Assembly (NCBI GenBank): GCA_951406725.2
Contig: OX597814.1
Span: 107,632,001-107,696,000, forward strand
DNA from: Octopus vulgaris
Taxonomy: Eukaryota
Direction of reading: 5' to 3'
DNA length: 64,000 bases
This document shows, piece by piece, positions 12,312-24,436 of the stretch (positions are counted from its first letter, which is position 1; the number at the start of each line of letters is the position of its first letter). The position numbers were made by a program, and so were the translations under genes. The notes beneath the pieces were generated by a model. It searched no databases. It was not told the origin of the DNA and saw nothing but the letters and a program-made list of their open reading frames with translations.

Positions 12312-13320
12312 TTATGTATATATTTTGCTTCTGTCACCTGAAATTTACAAATCTTTTCCAGTTGTCCTATGAATTCTTCAATGCATGAATTTTGAATCAC
12401 TTGATTGAAGCCATAGAAGCACTCTCACCGATTCCGATGCTCAAATGATTGCAAACCATTCAGCAATTTCATTTGAATCCTATCAACTTCTCTAAGCTGT
12501 TCTTGAATTCCAATTTTATAAAATTCACAAAAATGAACCAGTTCCAATAATTTCTGAGAATAAATTTGAATTGATTCAATCAGATGTTGTGATAAGAATC
12601 AGACTTTTCTGAAATTACCAATTTCTTCTGAAGACTAACTCATGACATTATCACAGATCTTTTACTGCTAAATTTCTTTTCTTCAAATTCCACTTGTTTA
12701 TTAAACAAACTTTCCATATAACCAAAATATCTGATTTCAACAAAACCAAATATGCTATTTGTTTTGGGGGTGTTTTTTCTTTTTGTTTGTTTATCTTTAA
12801 CTCTTTTAATACACCCCACAACTACCCCCATCTGAGACCATTCATGGTTCTTTGATGCAAACTTCCTGTTTTAAAATGATCCAAACTAAAACCTTTTTTC
12901 GAAATTTCTCATTAATTTGTTTCAAACACCAACTTAATATTTACAAAGTAATTTTACTAATTGTTATTTTCAAAATTAATTAAAACAAGGGCAGTGTATT
13001 CTAACAGATATATGGCAACAAAAGGGTTAAAGTGATCTCAGTTGTAAGCTTCTATCAAAACATGATAATTCATGTTCCAAACACCAACTTAATAATGACA
13101 AAGTTATTTTAGTATATTCTAATTATTTCCAAGATTAACTGAAACAAAAGTGGTGGATTTCAACAGAAATATTGTAACGAAAGGGTTAAAGTGATCTAAA
13201 TTGAAATTGTCCATCAAAATTTTATGCTAATTTCTTTTTCAAATACCAACTTGATAATGACTGAATTATTTTACTAAATTCTTTATGAATTTCCAAATTT
13301 ATTGAAACAGATGTAGTGTA

Positions 13321-14271
13321 CATTATTTACATTTGATGGATATTTGTCCTCATCTTGTTTGTTGTTAACACAATGTATACCATCCAGCCTTCATCAGGTG
13401 TCTTGGAGAAACTTTGAACCTGGGTTCTCATTCCTAAGGTATTTTTCAATGTTGTTGTTATTCATCATCATCATCATCATCGTTTAACGTCTGTTTTCCA
13501 TGCTAGCATGGGTTGGACGGTTTGACCGGGGTCTGGGAAGCCAGGAGGCTGCACCAGGCTCCAGTCTGATCTGACAAAGTTTCTACAGCTGGATGCCCTT
13601 CCTAACGCCATCCACTCCATGAGTGTAGTGGGTGCTTTTTACGTGCCACCAGCACAGGTGCCAGGCAAGGCTGGCAATGGCCATGATCAGTTGGTGATTT
13701 TTACATGCCACTGGCACAGAAGCCAGTCAAGGCAGAGCTGGCATTGGCCACGTTTGGATGGTGCATTTTATGTGCCACCGGCACAGGTATCACTACTATT
13801 TTCCATTTGATTTTTTGATGTTGATGTACTTGACTCAACAGGTCTCCTCAAGCACAGTGTGTGTATATATATATCATTGTCATCATCAGAGTTTTATGTC
13901 CAAAGAAGGAAAAGTATGCATAAGTGGGCTAGCTACAAACCTGGTAAAGGCCACGTGTTGTGGTCTCACTTGTCCTGCCGGGTCTTCTCACGCACAGCAT
14001 ATTTCCAAAGGTTATTAGTATTATTATTATTTTTATTATTATTATTAATATTATTCAGGTCACTGCCTGGAATCAAGCTCGGAATCTTGGGTTTAGGAGC
14101 CTGTGCTCTTAACCACTATGCCATATGCCCATGAGTATATGGCATTGTGGTTTCCCAAGACACCTGTTAACAACAAACAAGAAGAGGACATATATCCGTC
14201 AAATGTAAATAATGTAAATAACGTACATAATTCCTCATCTCTTAGATATAGAACTGTATCATCTAATCGGT
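13321..14271. mobile_element. tRNA-head/hammerhead element, inverted dimer, with an RTE 3' fragment nested in its spacer
   Basis: Minus tail 13321-13462, minus tRNA head 14053-14129, inverted remnant head 14136-14150, plus tail 14151-14258; flanked by ACAGATG(T/C)AGTGTA at 13307-13320 and 14272-14285 (TSD, 1 mismatch). Confidence 0.8.
13463..14012 (-). mobile_element. RTE 3' fragment nested in the tRNA-HHR element
   Basis: (CAT)n followed by conserved RTE terminus and UTR repeats. Confidence 0.85.
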
Positions 14272-15459
14272 ACAGATGCAGTGTATTTCTGTAGAAATAT
14301 GTTAACAAAAAATTTCAAGTGATCCAAATTAAAACCTTTCTTGAAAATATCATGTTAATTTACGTTCCAAGCATCAACTCAATAATGACAAATTTTTTTT
14401 ACAAAATCCTTCATTATTTTCAAACTTGAAATGAAAGCAGGATATTTCAACCGAAATATGGTGACACAAGGGTTAATGTCAAGAAACCCCTTCGTTCTTG
14501 CTGTAACAGAAAGGCATTATAACCAAATCTCTCTGAAATCCTGGTCATTAAGGGGAAGTCCATTCTCATTAATTGATGCCATTGTTGTGCTTTTGGGCTT
14601 TTATCCAGATAAAGATTTAGTTACCCATAATCGTTTACGATCAGAAACTTCATTCAGTTGCCAAGCTCTGACATTGAACTGGACACCATCTTAAAGACTT
14701 TTAAGCAGATTGTGAAATACAGGCAGTGCCATGCCTTAATATAATGTAAGACACATCTATAGGGCTGCTGATGCTATTACCACCACCACCACCACCTCTT
14801 CCCCACTGCCATCATCGCCACTGCCACCACCACCACCACCACCACTATTGCTGCTGATACTACTTCTACTACTACCACCACCACCCTTATTCCCCCCCAA
14901 ACCCTCATTGTGTCAGCTATATTCACCCCGTCACCCCGTTACCCCTTCCCCATCTCTTCCCCCTCACACACTCCTGCAGCTTCCACCCACCCACCCACAT
15001 TCCCACTTCTGTCTTCACTCTGTTTTATTCACCTCAAACCTTCTCACACATACCTAGTCCCCAATCTCTCATCTCTTCCCAGTTCCACCTTGATCATCGC
15101 TTCCCCTTTGCACCCTTCTCATATGTGAGTAACTGTGTGGCCCCCTTACAGCCAGGAACCTGTTCTGCTCTGACCCTTTCTCTCATATTTTAACCTCTCA
15201 TCTCCAAGCAGAAAGCAGCTGTCTTAGGGTTTGTAGAATTACAAGCTAGATGGTGACCTCACTAGTGTTGGTTCCCCATTAAAAGACCCCAGTCCTCACT
15301 CTGTAAGGTGGTCGGTGTTAGGAAGGGCACCCAGCCATAGACCCATTGCCAAAGTAGATGCGGGAGCACAATGAGGCACTCCTTGGACTTATAAGATCCT
15401 GCCAAACCGTCAAAATGTCAAACTCATGCTTGTATAGAAAATGGACATTAAATGACAGT

Positions 15460-15673
15460 TTCAAATTTTGCTACAAGGACAGCAATTTTGGGGGAGTGGA
15501 TTGGCCAATTTCATTGACCCTAGTGCTTAACTGGTACTCAATTTATTGGCCCTGAAAGGATAAAAGGCAAAGCAACCTTGGTGAAATTTGAACTCACTAT
15601 GTAGCAAATGGCAAAATGCTTAGCAGCATTTTGCCTGGCATGCTGACAATTCTGCCAGTTTGCCGCCTTTATA

Positions 15674-15727
<54 letters not shown>

Positions 15728-15870
15728 CCTTTCTACTGAAGACACAAAGCCTTCAAATTTGGGGGGAGGGAACTAGTCGATTACATTGACCCCAACATTT
15801 CACTGGTACTTAATTTTATCAACCCCAAACATTTTGTCGGTCGCTAACGATTCTGGCAGCTCAAAGCCTT
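15460..15870 (-). mobile_element. Third SINE family, two tandem decayed copies separated by (AAT)n
   Basis: GACCCCAG..ACTGGTACT..GAAAGGAT(A/G)AAAGGCAAAG..TTTGAACTC block; also at about 19800-19950, 28040-28185 and 29690-29770. Confidence 0.65.
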
Positions 15871-15961
15871 AATGGACATTAAATAATGATGACGATGGTG
15901 ATGGTGATGGTGATGACAATGGCACTTATGTCTTCCAGAAGCTTACTTTTACTCTTTTACT

Positions 15962-16334
15962 TTTTTACTTGTTTCAGTCATTTGACTGTGGCCATGCTGG
16001 AGCACTGCCTTAAGTCGAGCAAATCGACCCCAGGACTTATTCTTTGTAAGCCTAGTACTTATTCTATCGGTCTCTTTTGCCGAACCGCTAAGTTACCTGG
16101 ACGTAAACACACCAGCATCGGTTGTGAGGCAATGTTGAGAGGGGACAAACACAGACACACAAACACACACACACACACACACACATATATATGTCTACCA
16201 AATCCACTCACAAGGCTTTGGTCGGACCAAGGCTATAGTAGAAGATACTTGCCCAAAGTACCACGCAGTGGGACTGAACACGGAACCATGTGGTTGGTAA
16301 GTAAGCTACTTACCACACAGCCACTCCTGCGCCT
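15962..16334 (-). mobile_element. Major SINE
   Basis: Match to family consensus. Confidence 0.85.
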
Positions 16335-17030
16335 ATAAGCTTCTATAATTTTCTAGGCTAACATATCCAACTGTTTGTTTTTTTTAAATTTTTATGAAAT
16401 TAAGTAATTTTATTTTTAAAACCGATTCATTTATCTTTGAAGAGCTCCAGAAAGAAATCTAATTTTAGGCGGCGATGGTGTGGTGGCAGTCTCAGACCAC
16501 TTCACCAGCTGGTACTGCAATGGCTTTAACCTTGAAACAAAACAATAGCAGTGCCTTTCAGCTGGGGTGGGTGGGGTGGGGTCGAAGGGGGTGTTGGGGA
16601 ATTGCATTGAAATTTTTGAAATTATCTAAATATTGTACATTGGGTGGATGGGCGGAGGAGGGGGGTTGATGTGGGGGTGGGGGGCCAGGGTGATATAGTA
16701 TGCTTTGACACTTGTCAGAAATTTGGCGACATACATGGACACAAGTGCGAAATGAGGACATGCCACAGGAATAAGACACGATAACAATATATAAAACAAC
16801 AACATCAACAACAACAAAAAACAAAAAAAAGGCTGTGCTGAAAGTAAAAATTACATTTTATTTAGAAATTACATTTTATTTAAGTATTTAAATCTAGGAT
16901 GAAGATGTTTTAACAAACATATTCCGAAACCATATAAAAATATTGGAGTAGGAGTGGCTGTGTGGTAAGAAGCTTGCTTACCAACCACATGGTTCCAGGT
17001 TCAGTCCCACTGCATGGCACCTTGGGAAAG

Positions 17031-17406
17031 TCATCATCATCATCATCATCGTTTAACACCTGTCTTCCAAGCTGGCATGGGTTAGACAGTTCGACTAGGA
17101 TCTAGGAAGCCAGGAGGCTGCACCAGGCTCCAGTCTGATCTGGCAGTGTTTCTACAGCTGGATGCATGTAAAAAGCACCAACCGATCGTGGTCATTGCCA
17201 TCCTCCCCTAGCTCCTGTGCCACTCGCACATAAAAAGCACCCATTACGCTCATGGAGTGGTTGGCATTAGGAAAGGCATCCAGCTGTAGAAACACTGCCT
17301 AATCAGACTGGAGCCTGGTGCAGCCTCCTGGTTTCCCAGACCCTGGTCGAACCGTCCAACCCGTGCTAGCATGGAAAACGGACATTAAACGATGATGGTG
17401 ATGATG
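17031..17406. mobile_element. Two RTE 3' tails back to back
   Basis: 17031-17164 minus, 17165-17406 plus; (CAT)n on the left, (GAT)n on the right. Confidence 0.8.
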
Positions 17407-17934
17407 AACGTAAAGTGCTAAGCACTTTGGTGTTCTAACTATTCTGCCAATTTGCTGCCTTAATTTCAACAAATATTGCATTAGTTTATTAACTGATATA
17501 TTTATTATACATGTGTTCATGTGTGTGTGTGTGTGTGTTTTTCCAGCAGCACTAAGAGTGATTTGACAAAAGCCACAGTATCATGCATTTCTATGGTGTA
17601 TATACATTTAGTATGATATAGAGGTGGGGATGGAGACAAGTACCAACACTTCCATGTGGCATGCTTGAACAATTCTGAAGTTCTCACCACATGAAACAAT
17701 TGGTAGCCTTGTCAATAAAGTATACAATATACATATTATTGATGTCAATAGCATACAATTCTTGTTGGTAAGAATAAAGTCACTAAAATGGAAAAAGAAA
17801 TCTGAAGTATTGCTTTGATCCATTGGTGGAACACCTGTCATGTATACAGGAGTTGTGGGTTCAAGTTTCACAGGTAGCGTTCGACTTTTGCAACCCAATT
17901 TCAAAAAAGATATATATATATATACAGTGTCACA

Positions 17935-18301
17935 TTACTGGCATTTGAGCCCTGTGCTAGTAGGGTATTAAGAGCACCATCCAAGCGCGATCGTTGCCAG
18001 AGCAGCTATCTGGCCTCCGTGCCGGTGGCATATAAAAGACACCATTCGAGCGTGATCGTTACCAGCATCGCCTTACTAGCACCTGTGCCGGTGGCATGTG
18101 TAAAAGATTTGAGTGAGGTTGTTGCCAGTACCACCTGACTGGCCCCGTGCTGGTGGTATTTAAAAGCACCCACTACACTCTCAGAGTGGTTGGCGTTAGG
18201 AAGGGCATCCAGCTGTAGAAACTCTGCCAGATCAGACTGGAGCTTGATGCAAACCGTCCAACCCATGCTAGCATGGAAAGCGGACGTTAAACAATGATGA
18301 T
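17935..18301 (+). mobile_element. RTE 3' UTR fragment with about 3 repeat units
   Basis: GTGCCGGTGGCA..AAAAG units and conserved terminus. Confidence 0.85.
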
Positions 18302-18819
18302 TTTATATGTTAAATAAGATTTGGATAAAAACCTTGTAGAATGCTATACAAAGCCCATCCACAGGTATTGGTTACCTGATGTCATCGTAGAATGAAAATG
18401 TTCCTTCGACTGGAAATACATCAGGAATTCCACAGTATCAGTAGAGCTTATAAAAATAGATAAATGATAGATTTTATTTTAAATCTCTACACTTGTTTCA
18501 ATACTTTCTTACACCTTTAGTGCCATCATTATTTTACATCCAAGGTGTAAAATATGCCTCCCCAGGTGATTGTTTACATAAGTCCTTTGTTAGATCCTAC
18601 AGTCATTTCACTTAGTGTAATAATGCATACCCAAAGTGATGTGTTATTCCCAGCTGTTTACAGGTACCTGAGGAGGTGCATTTTACAACTTCGATGTAAA
18701 ATAATGATTGCACAACATCTCATCAGTGCACAAAAGGTGTAAAAATGTGTCGAAACAATAGCAATTTTAAGAATGTCATTAATTCCATTTTCTATCATTT
18801 ATCTGTATACATACTCTCT

Positions 18820-19035
18820 TTACTCTTTATTCTTTTACTTGTTTCAGACATTTGACTATGGCCATGCTGGAGCACTGCCTCTAGTTGAGCAAATCGATCC
18901 CAGGACTTGTTCTTTGTAAACCTATACTTATTCTATTAGTCTCTTTTGCTGAACTGCTAAGTTACGGGGACGTAGACACACCAGCATTGGTTGTCAAGTG
19001 ATGTTGGGGGGACAAACACAGACACACAAACATAT

Positions 19036-19083
<48 letters not shown>

Positions 19084-19230
19084 GGTAGTTTCCATCTACC
19101 AAATCCACTTACAAAGCTTTGATCAGCCCAAGGCTATAGTAGAAGAGACTTGCCTAAGGTGCCATGCAGTGGGAATGAACCCAGAACCCTGTGGTTGGTA
19201 AGCAAGCTACTTACCACACAGCCACTCCTG
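18820..19230 (-). mobile_element. Major SINE
   Basis: Match to family consensus. Confidence 0.85.
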
Positions 19231-21010
19231 GAAATATATAATATATATATTTATAAATAAATATATATAAAATAAATAAATATATATATATAAAAATATA
19301 TATGCCCACTTGGAAATATATTTCCAAGTAGGCAAGCCAAGCATTCACCTCTTCAGCAAGGCACCTACTCCACTCTCACCATCACAGCTACTTATTCACT
19401 CAGTTGAGGGGTTTTATTTTGCAGATACTTGGCAATCTCACTGTTGCTGATGCCACATTAAAAAAGTGACTGCAAAGTGGTTGGCATTAGGAAGGGCATC
19501 CAGCAGTAAGAAACCATGACAAAACAGACCTAAAACTTAGGGGAGCCCTTGGACTTGTCTGTTCTTGTCAAACTGTCCAACCCATGCCAGCATGGAAAAA
19601 AAAGGTGTTAAACAATGATGACAGTATATCTATGACAGGCTTCTTTTAGTTTCCATTTACACAATCCACTTACAAGGACTTTGTATCTTTTCATGATTCA
19701 AGGTAAAATTTTCATATTTTACCTTGAGTCATATTTCATGACTCAAGGTAAAATAATTACATGCACAAAAGCAGAGATTTACAGAAGGAACAGGTAAGTT
19801 GATTACGTCAACCCCAGTATTTGACTAGTATTTCCTTTTAGTGACACCAGAAAGATGAATTGCAATGTTGACCGTCACAAGATTTGAGCTCAGAATGCAA
19901 AAACAACAAATACCACAAGGTATCTTATCCAATGTTCTAGCCATTCCATGAATATCCTAAAAGAAAAATACCGGTGCTCCGTCAATTATGACTACAAAGT
20001 TTCCTGTTGATACGATCAAAGGATGTGAAATTAGCACACAAGCGGTTGAGCATTCTACGAACATGTTTACTCTTATTGTATTCTTGAGCGAGACTCAGTG
20101 TGATACAGAATATGAGAAGGCTCCTTTGAATTACTGGTACAACTCATTTTTGGTAGCTGAGTGAACTGGAGTCATCATCATCATCGTTTAACGTCCGCTT
20201 TCCATGCTGGCATGGGTCGGACGATTTGACTGAGTAATGATAAATAAAGTGTCTTGCTCAAGGACCCAATGCTCTGCTAGGAATTGAACTCATGGCCTTA
20301 TGATTGTGATCTGAATACCCTAACCACAAAGCCACATCTCTTCATTAACCCTTCAATGAACACAGAACCAGAAATGGCAGTTATTCATAATACTATCTTG
20401 TGGTTACCGTAGTCATCTGCTGTGGATTGTTATGACTATGCCGTGACAAGTTGATGTGTTGCACTTTAAAAGAGACACGGAAAACGTTGATGGTTTCATT
20501 TTATTCACCCTTTACCGGGCAATATATAGTTTTCCTGCTGACATTTTCAATCATTTCTGAGAAGTTTTGTTTCTCTTTTTTTCGTTTTTGCCTATTTTAA
20601 TGTCAAAAGTTTACATCAGAATTTTAATATTTCATTTTTCTATGATTATTCACTTGTACATGGTGCTGCCTATACCCAGGGTGAGTTGAGCTGACTCTGA
20701 CCAACATGTTCAGAACAACAGTGAGACTACAAACTCACATGGGTTCCCCAGTCACAAGCATACACACTTTGGGGTAGTGTGATACATAGCAGCTCATCTT
20801 GCCATTGACCATTGCAGAGGATTCACTGACCGAATCGCTGCCAATTGTCGCAGCAGATGTAGCCTGGGTTTGAAGTGGTTTCTAGAAATAAGCTTCAACA
20901 AATCAGAGGGGTGCCTCGCTCCCAGAATTTTTGTATTCTCTGACATTAAATAGTGATTGCCTGACTAGAAAATAATAATGATAGCAAATACTAATAATAA
21001 TAATAAAAAT

Positions 21011-21051
<41 letters not shown>

Positions 21052-21065
21052 TAATAATAATAAAA

Positions 21066-22160
21066 ATAAAGACAAGGAAGTTTCTGATTAGATATGGGAT
21101 ACTCCACCAAAAAAGTAACACAGACAGATTGTATGTACCAAGAAAAAGAGTGGGGAGAGGGACTGATTGGATGTGAACACAGCATTAGAGCAGAAGAAAA
21201 CAACATAGCATGGTATGTAAAAAATGCGACAGAACAACTATTATTGGAAGTAAGAAGGTCAGGCTTGTGTAGGATGGAAGATAACAAAGATAAAGCACTG
21301 TACAAGGATTTGAGAATGAATGAAACTAAAAATAAGTGTATAAAGAAAAGTGTATAAAGGACAAGTTCATAGGGATGTTGAAAACAAGTCAGACAGAGAA
21401 AAAAGATGGCTGTGGATGACTAAAAGTGATTTAAAACAGGAAACAGAGGCTTTAATCTGTGCTGCCCAAGAGCAAGCATTAAAAACAAATTACATAAAAT
21501 ACAGAATAGACAACACAGCAAAAAGTGATAAGTGCAGAATCTGTGGACAAAACGGTGAAACCGTATAGCATATTACCAGACAATGTATGCCACTAGCCCA
21601 GAAAGAATATAAGAGACGTTGTGACAACATAGCAAGGATTGTCAATTGGACACTTTGCAACAAGTGCGGACTTCACAGAGCAAAAAATTGGTACAGCCAT
21701 AAACCCGAGAGCATCATCGAAAATGATAATGCAAAGATCCTTGGGATTTTATGATTCAGTGCAACCATGAGATTGAGAATAGGAAGCCAGACATAGTGTT
21801 GATTGAGAAAGAAAACAAACGATGCTGGATCATAGATATAGCATGCCCAGCTGACAACAAGGTATGCGATAAGGAAGAAAGAAAAGTCAAGAGATATGAC
21901 AGGTTAGCTTGGGAAGTTAAGCAGTTGTGGTCGATGAAAAAGGTAGCAGTAGTACCAATAATTGTTGGAGCCCTGGGAACAGTGAGTAAAAGTCTTGTGA
22001 ATTACATGGAACAAATAGGGGCTGCAGAAAACAGCACTGCTTGGAACCGCTCTAATACTCTGAAGGTACTCAAAAAATAAGGGGTGTTACCTTAGCTCAC
22101 TGGTAGTGAATAGCTGGCACTGTAATACATCTCCAGCGTTAGAAGCTGCGCAAAGGCAAT
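21066..22160 (+). mobile_element. R4/Dong-type non-LTR retrotransposon 3' fragment (CCHC + restriction-like endonuclease)
   Basis: ETEALICAAQEQAL, CRICGQNGETV, RKPDIVLIEK..WIIDIACP, VVPIIVGALG; (AAT)n on both sides. Confidence 0.88.
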
Positions 22161-22185
22161 GACAGTAATGATAACAATAATAATG

Positions 22186-22223
<38 letters not shown>

Positions 22224-22507
22224 GATAATAATAATAGTTTCATTGGAATTAAAAAGGAAGTCAGATGTTTCAGGTGGTTTTGGGGTCAGTCCCACGGGTG
22301 TGGCGCCTTGGACAAGTATCTTCTACTACTGTCGCCCCAGGCTGACCAATGCCTTGTGAGGGAATTAATTTGGTAAATATAACATATGCAGAAGCCTGTA
22401 GTGTGTGTGTGTGTATGAATGTGTGTGCGTGTGCGCGCCAGTATCAAGGCCAAATTTTAAGTGATGAAGATGATGATCATGATGATGATGATCATGATAT
22501 ATATGTG

Positions 22508-23589
22508 TATCAGGTCATCACATAACCAAAAGTTATGTCCCCCAAAAGATTCAGTAAATGATGAAACAAATGGTAGTCTGAAGGAGCAAGGTCAGGAGAA
22601 TAAGGAGTATGAGGATTTTTTCCCAACAAAGCTCTTCGATCTTCTGTGATGTGATCTTTGCAGTGTGGGGTCGTGCACTGTCCTGATGAAACATCACTCC
22701 TTTTTGATTCACTAAAGCAGGTCTTTTTTTCTTCAAAGCTTGGTTCAAATGCTCTAATTGCTGACAGTAGACTTGAGCATTGATTGTTGCATTAGGTAGT
22801 AACAATTCAAAGTGAATTACTCCTTTGCAATCCCACCAGATAGAGAGAAGAACCTTTTTCCATGAAATTCCATTCTCGGTTGTGGTGGAGCTTTTTCCCT
22901 TTTACCAAGCCACTGTTTACGACATTTAACATTTCGATAGAAGATCCAATTTTCGTCAGCAGTCACTAGACTAACCAAAAAGGGTGAAATTAGTTCACAA
23001 GAATGGAGAAAAGAGCAGATGTCAACTCGGGATTTGCGGTTGCTTTTGGACAAATCATGAGGCACCCATTTTCCAAGTTTAGGAACCTTTCCAATTTGTT
23101 GAAGATGACGATGAACAGTTGTATGGTTTGAACTAAGCTTTATTGCTAATTCTTCAACTGATAATGCAGGATTTTCTTCAAGTAATGCCTCAAGGAGCTT
23201 ATCATCAAACTCAACCAGACGTCCTGTTCGATCTTCATCTTCTAGGCTGAAATCTCCACTTCTGAATTTTGCAAATCATCTTCTGCAAGTTCTTTCATTC
23301 AAGCATTCTTTCCTATAAACTGAGTGTATGTTTCGAGTTGCTTCAGCTGCAGAGTTTCCTTTTTGTACTCATAAAGCATTATGTGCCTTAAATGCTCTTT
23401 GGATACTTCCATGTTAGAAAGGGTTTTAATCAAAGAAATTTTAATTCTATTATTCTGTAAAATAATATTTAATTAGTTTAAATGTACACAAATGCATAAA
23501 AATAATTTTTAATTCCATTAAACATTCTAAAATACTATTAAATTTCAAAAAAAGGTAAAATCGGACAGAATTTATGGGATGACCTGGTA
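22508..23589 (-). mobile_element. Mariner transposon, internally deleted
   Basis: TIRs TATCAGGTCATCACATAA / TTATGGGATGACCTGGTA with TA ends; WVPHDL, VTADENWIFY, FHQDSARPH motifs. Confidence 0.92.
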
Positions 23590-23901
23590 TAATTGTACAC
23601 ATGTGTTACAGTATGTCACAATATGTTACAGTGTGTGTTAGAGGGTATTACAGTTTTACACATACACACACACACATACACATATATATATATAAACATA
23701 CACATAATATGTGCATGCATCAGACACTCATACATACCCATGTATGTATCACTGGGTTAAAATGTGTGTTTTTAACATTACATTAAGAAGCGATGTTATT
23801 TCAGGACAAATACCACAGTAACTGGCCTATCAACTGCATATATACATTAAGTATGATACATAAATGGATATTTTAATCTATCTAATACTGCCTCAATTTC
23901 A

Positions 23902-24290
23902 TGGCTGTGTGGTATGAAGCTTGCTTCTCAGCCACATGGTTCTGGGTTCAGTCCCACTGTGTGGCACTTTGGGCAAGTGTCTTCCACTATAGCTTTGGCC
24001 AATGAAAGCCTTGTGAGTGCATTCAGTAGATGGAAACTGAAAGAATCTCACCACATATATATATGCGTGTGTGCGTGTGTGTCTTTGTGTCTGTGTTTGT
24101 ACACCCCCACAACAACCACCACTTGACAACCGGTGTTGGTGAGTTTATGTCCTCCTACCTTAACTGTTTAGGCAAAATGGACTGAGAGAATAAGTACCAG
24201 GCTTACAAAAACATAAGAACTAGGATTGATTTCTTCAAGGTGCTGCCCCAGCATGGCCGCAGTCTAATGACTGAAACAAATAAAAAGAAT
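23902..24290 (+). mobile_element. Major SINE
   Basis: Match to family consensus. Confidence 0.85.
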
Positions 24291-24436
24291 AATACTGACA
24301 TACATACACACATTTATATACTTATGTATGTATATATATATATATATATATATACATACATACACAGACGAATATTTATATATATATTGATATGTATATG
24401 TGTGTTTGTGTGTGTGTATACATATAAATATGTATG

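Larger units (their letters stand above)
12797..14476 (-). mobile_element. TTAA-ended MITE-like repeat with tandemly amplified about 160-bp unit, interrupted by the tRNA-HHR element
   Basis: Units end AAAGGGTTAA at about 13030, 13189 and 14476; left end TTAACTCTTTTAATAC; related copies at 731-790 and 1395-1705. Confidence 0.6.

Noticed and set aside
16560-16790. G-rich tract and small hairpin as possible miRNA locus or G-quadruplex element
   Set aside because: No match to conserved bilaterian miRNAs I recall; hairpin too short; G-runs alone are uninformative
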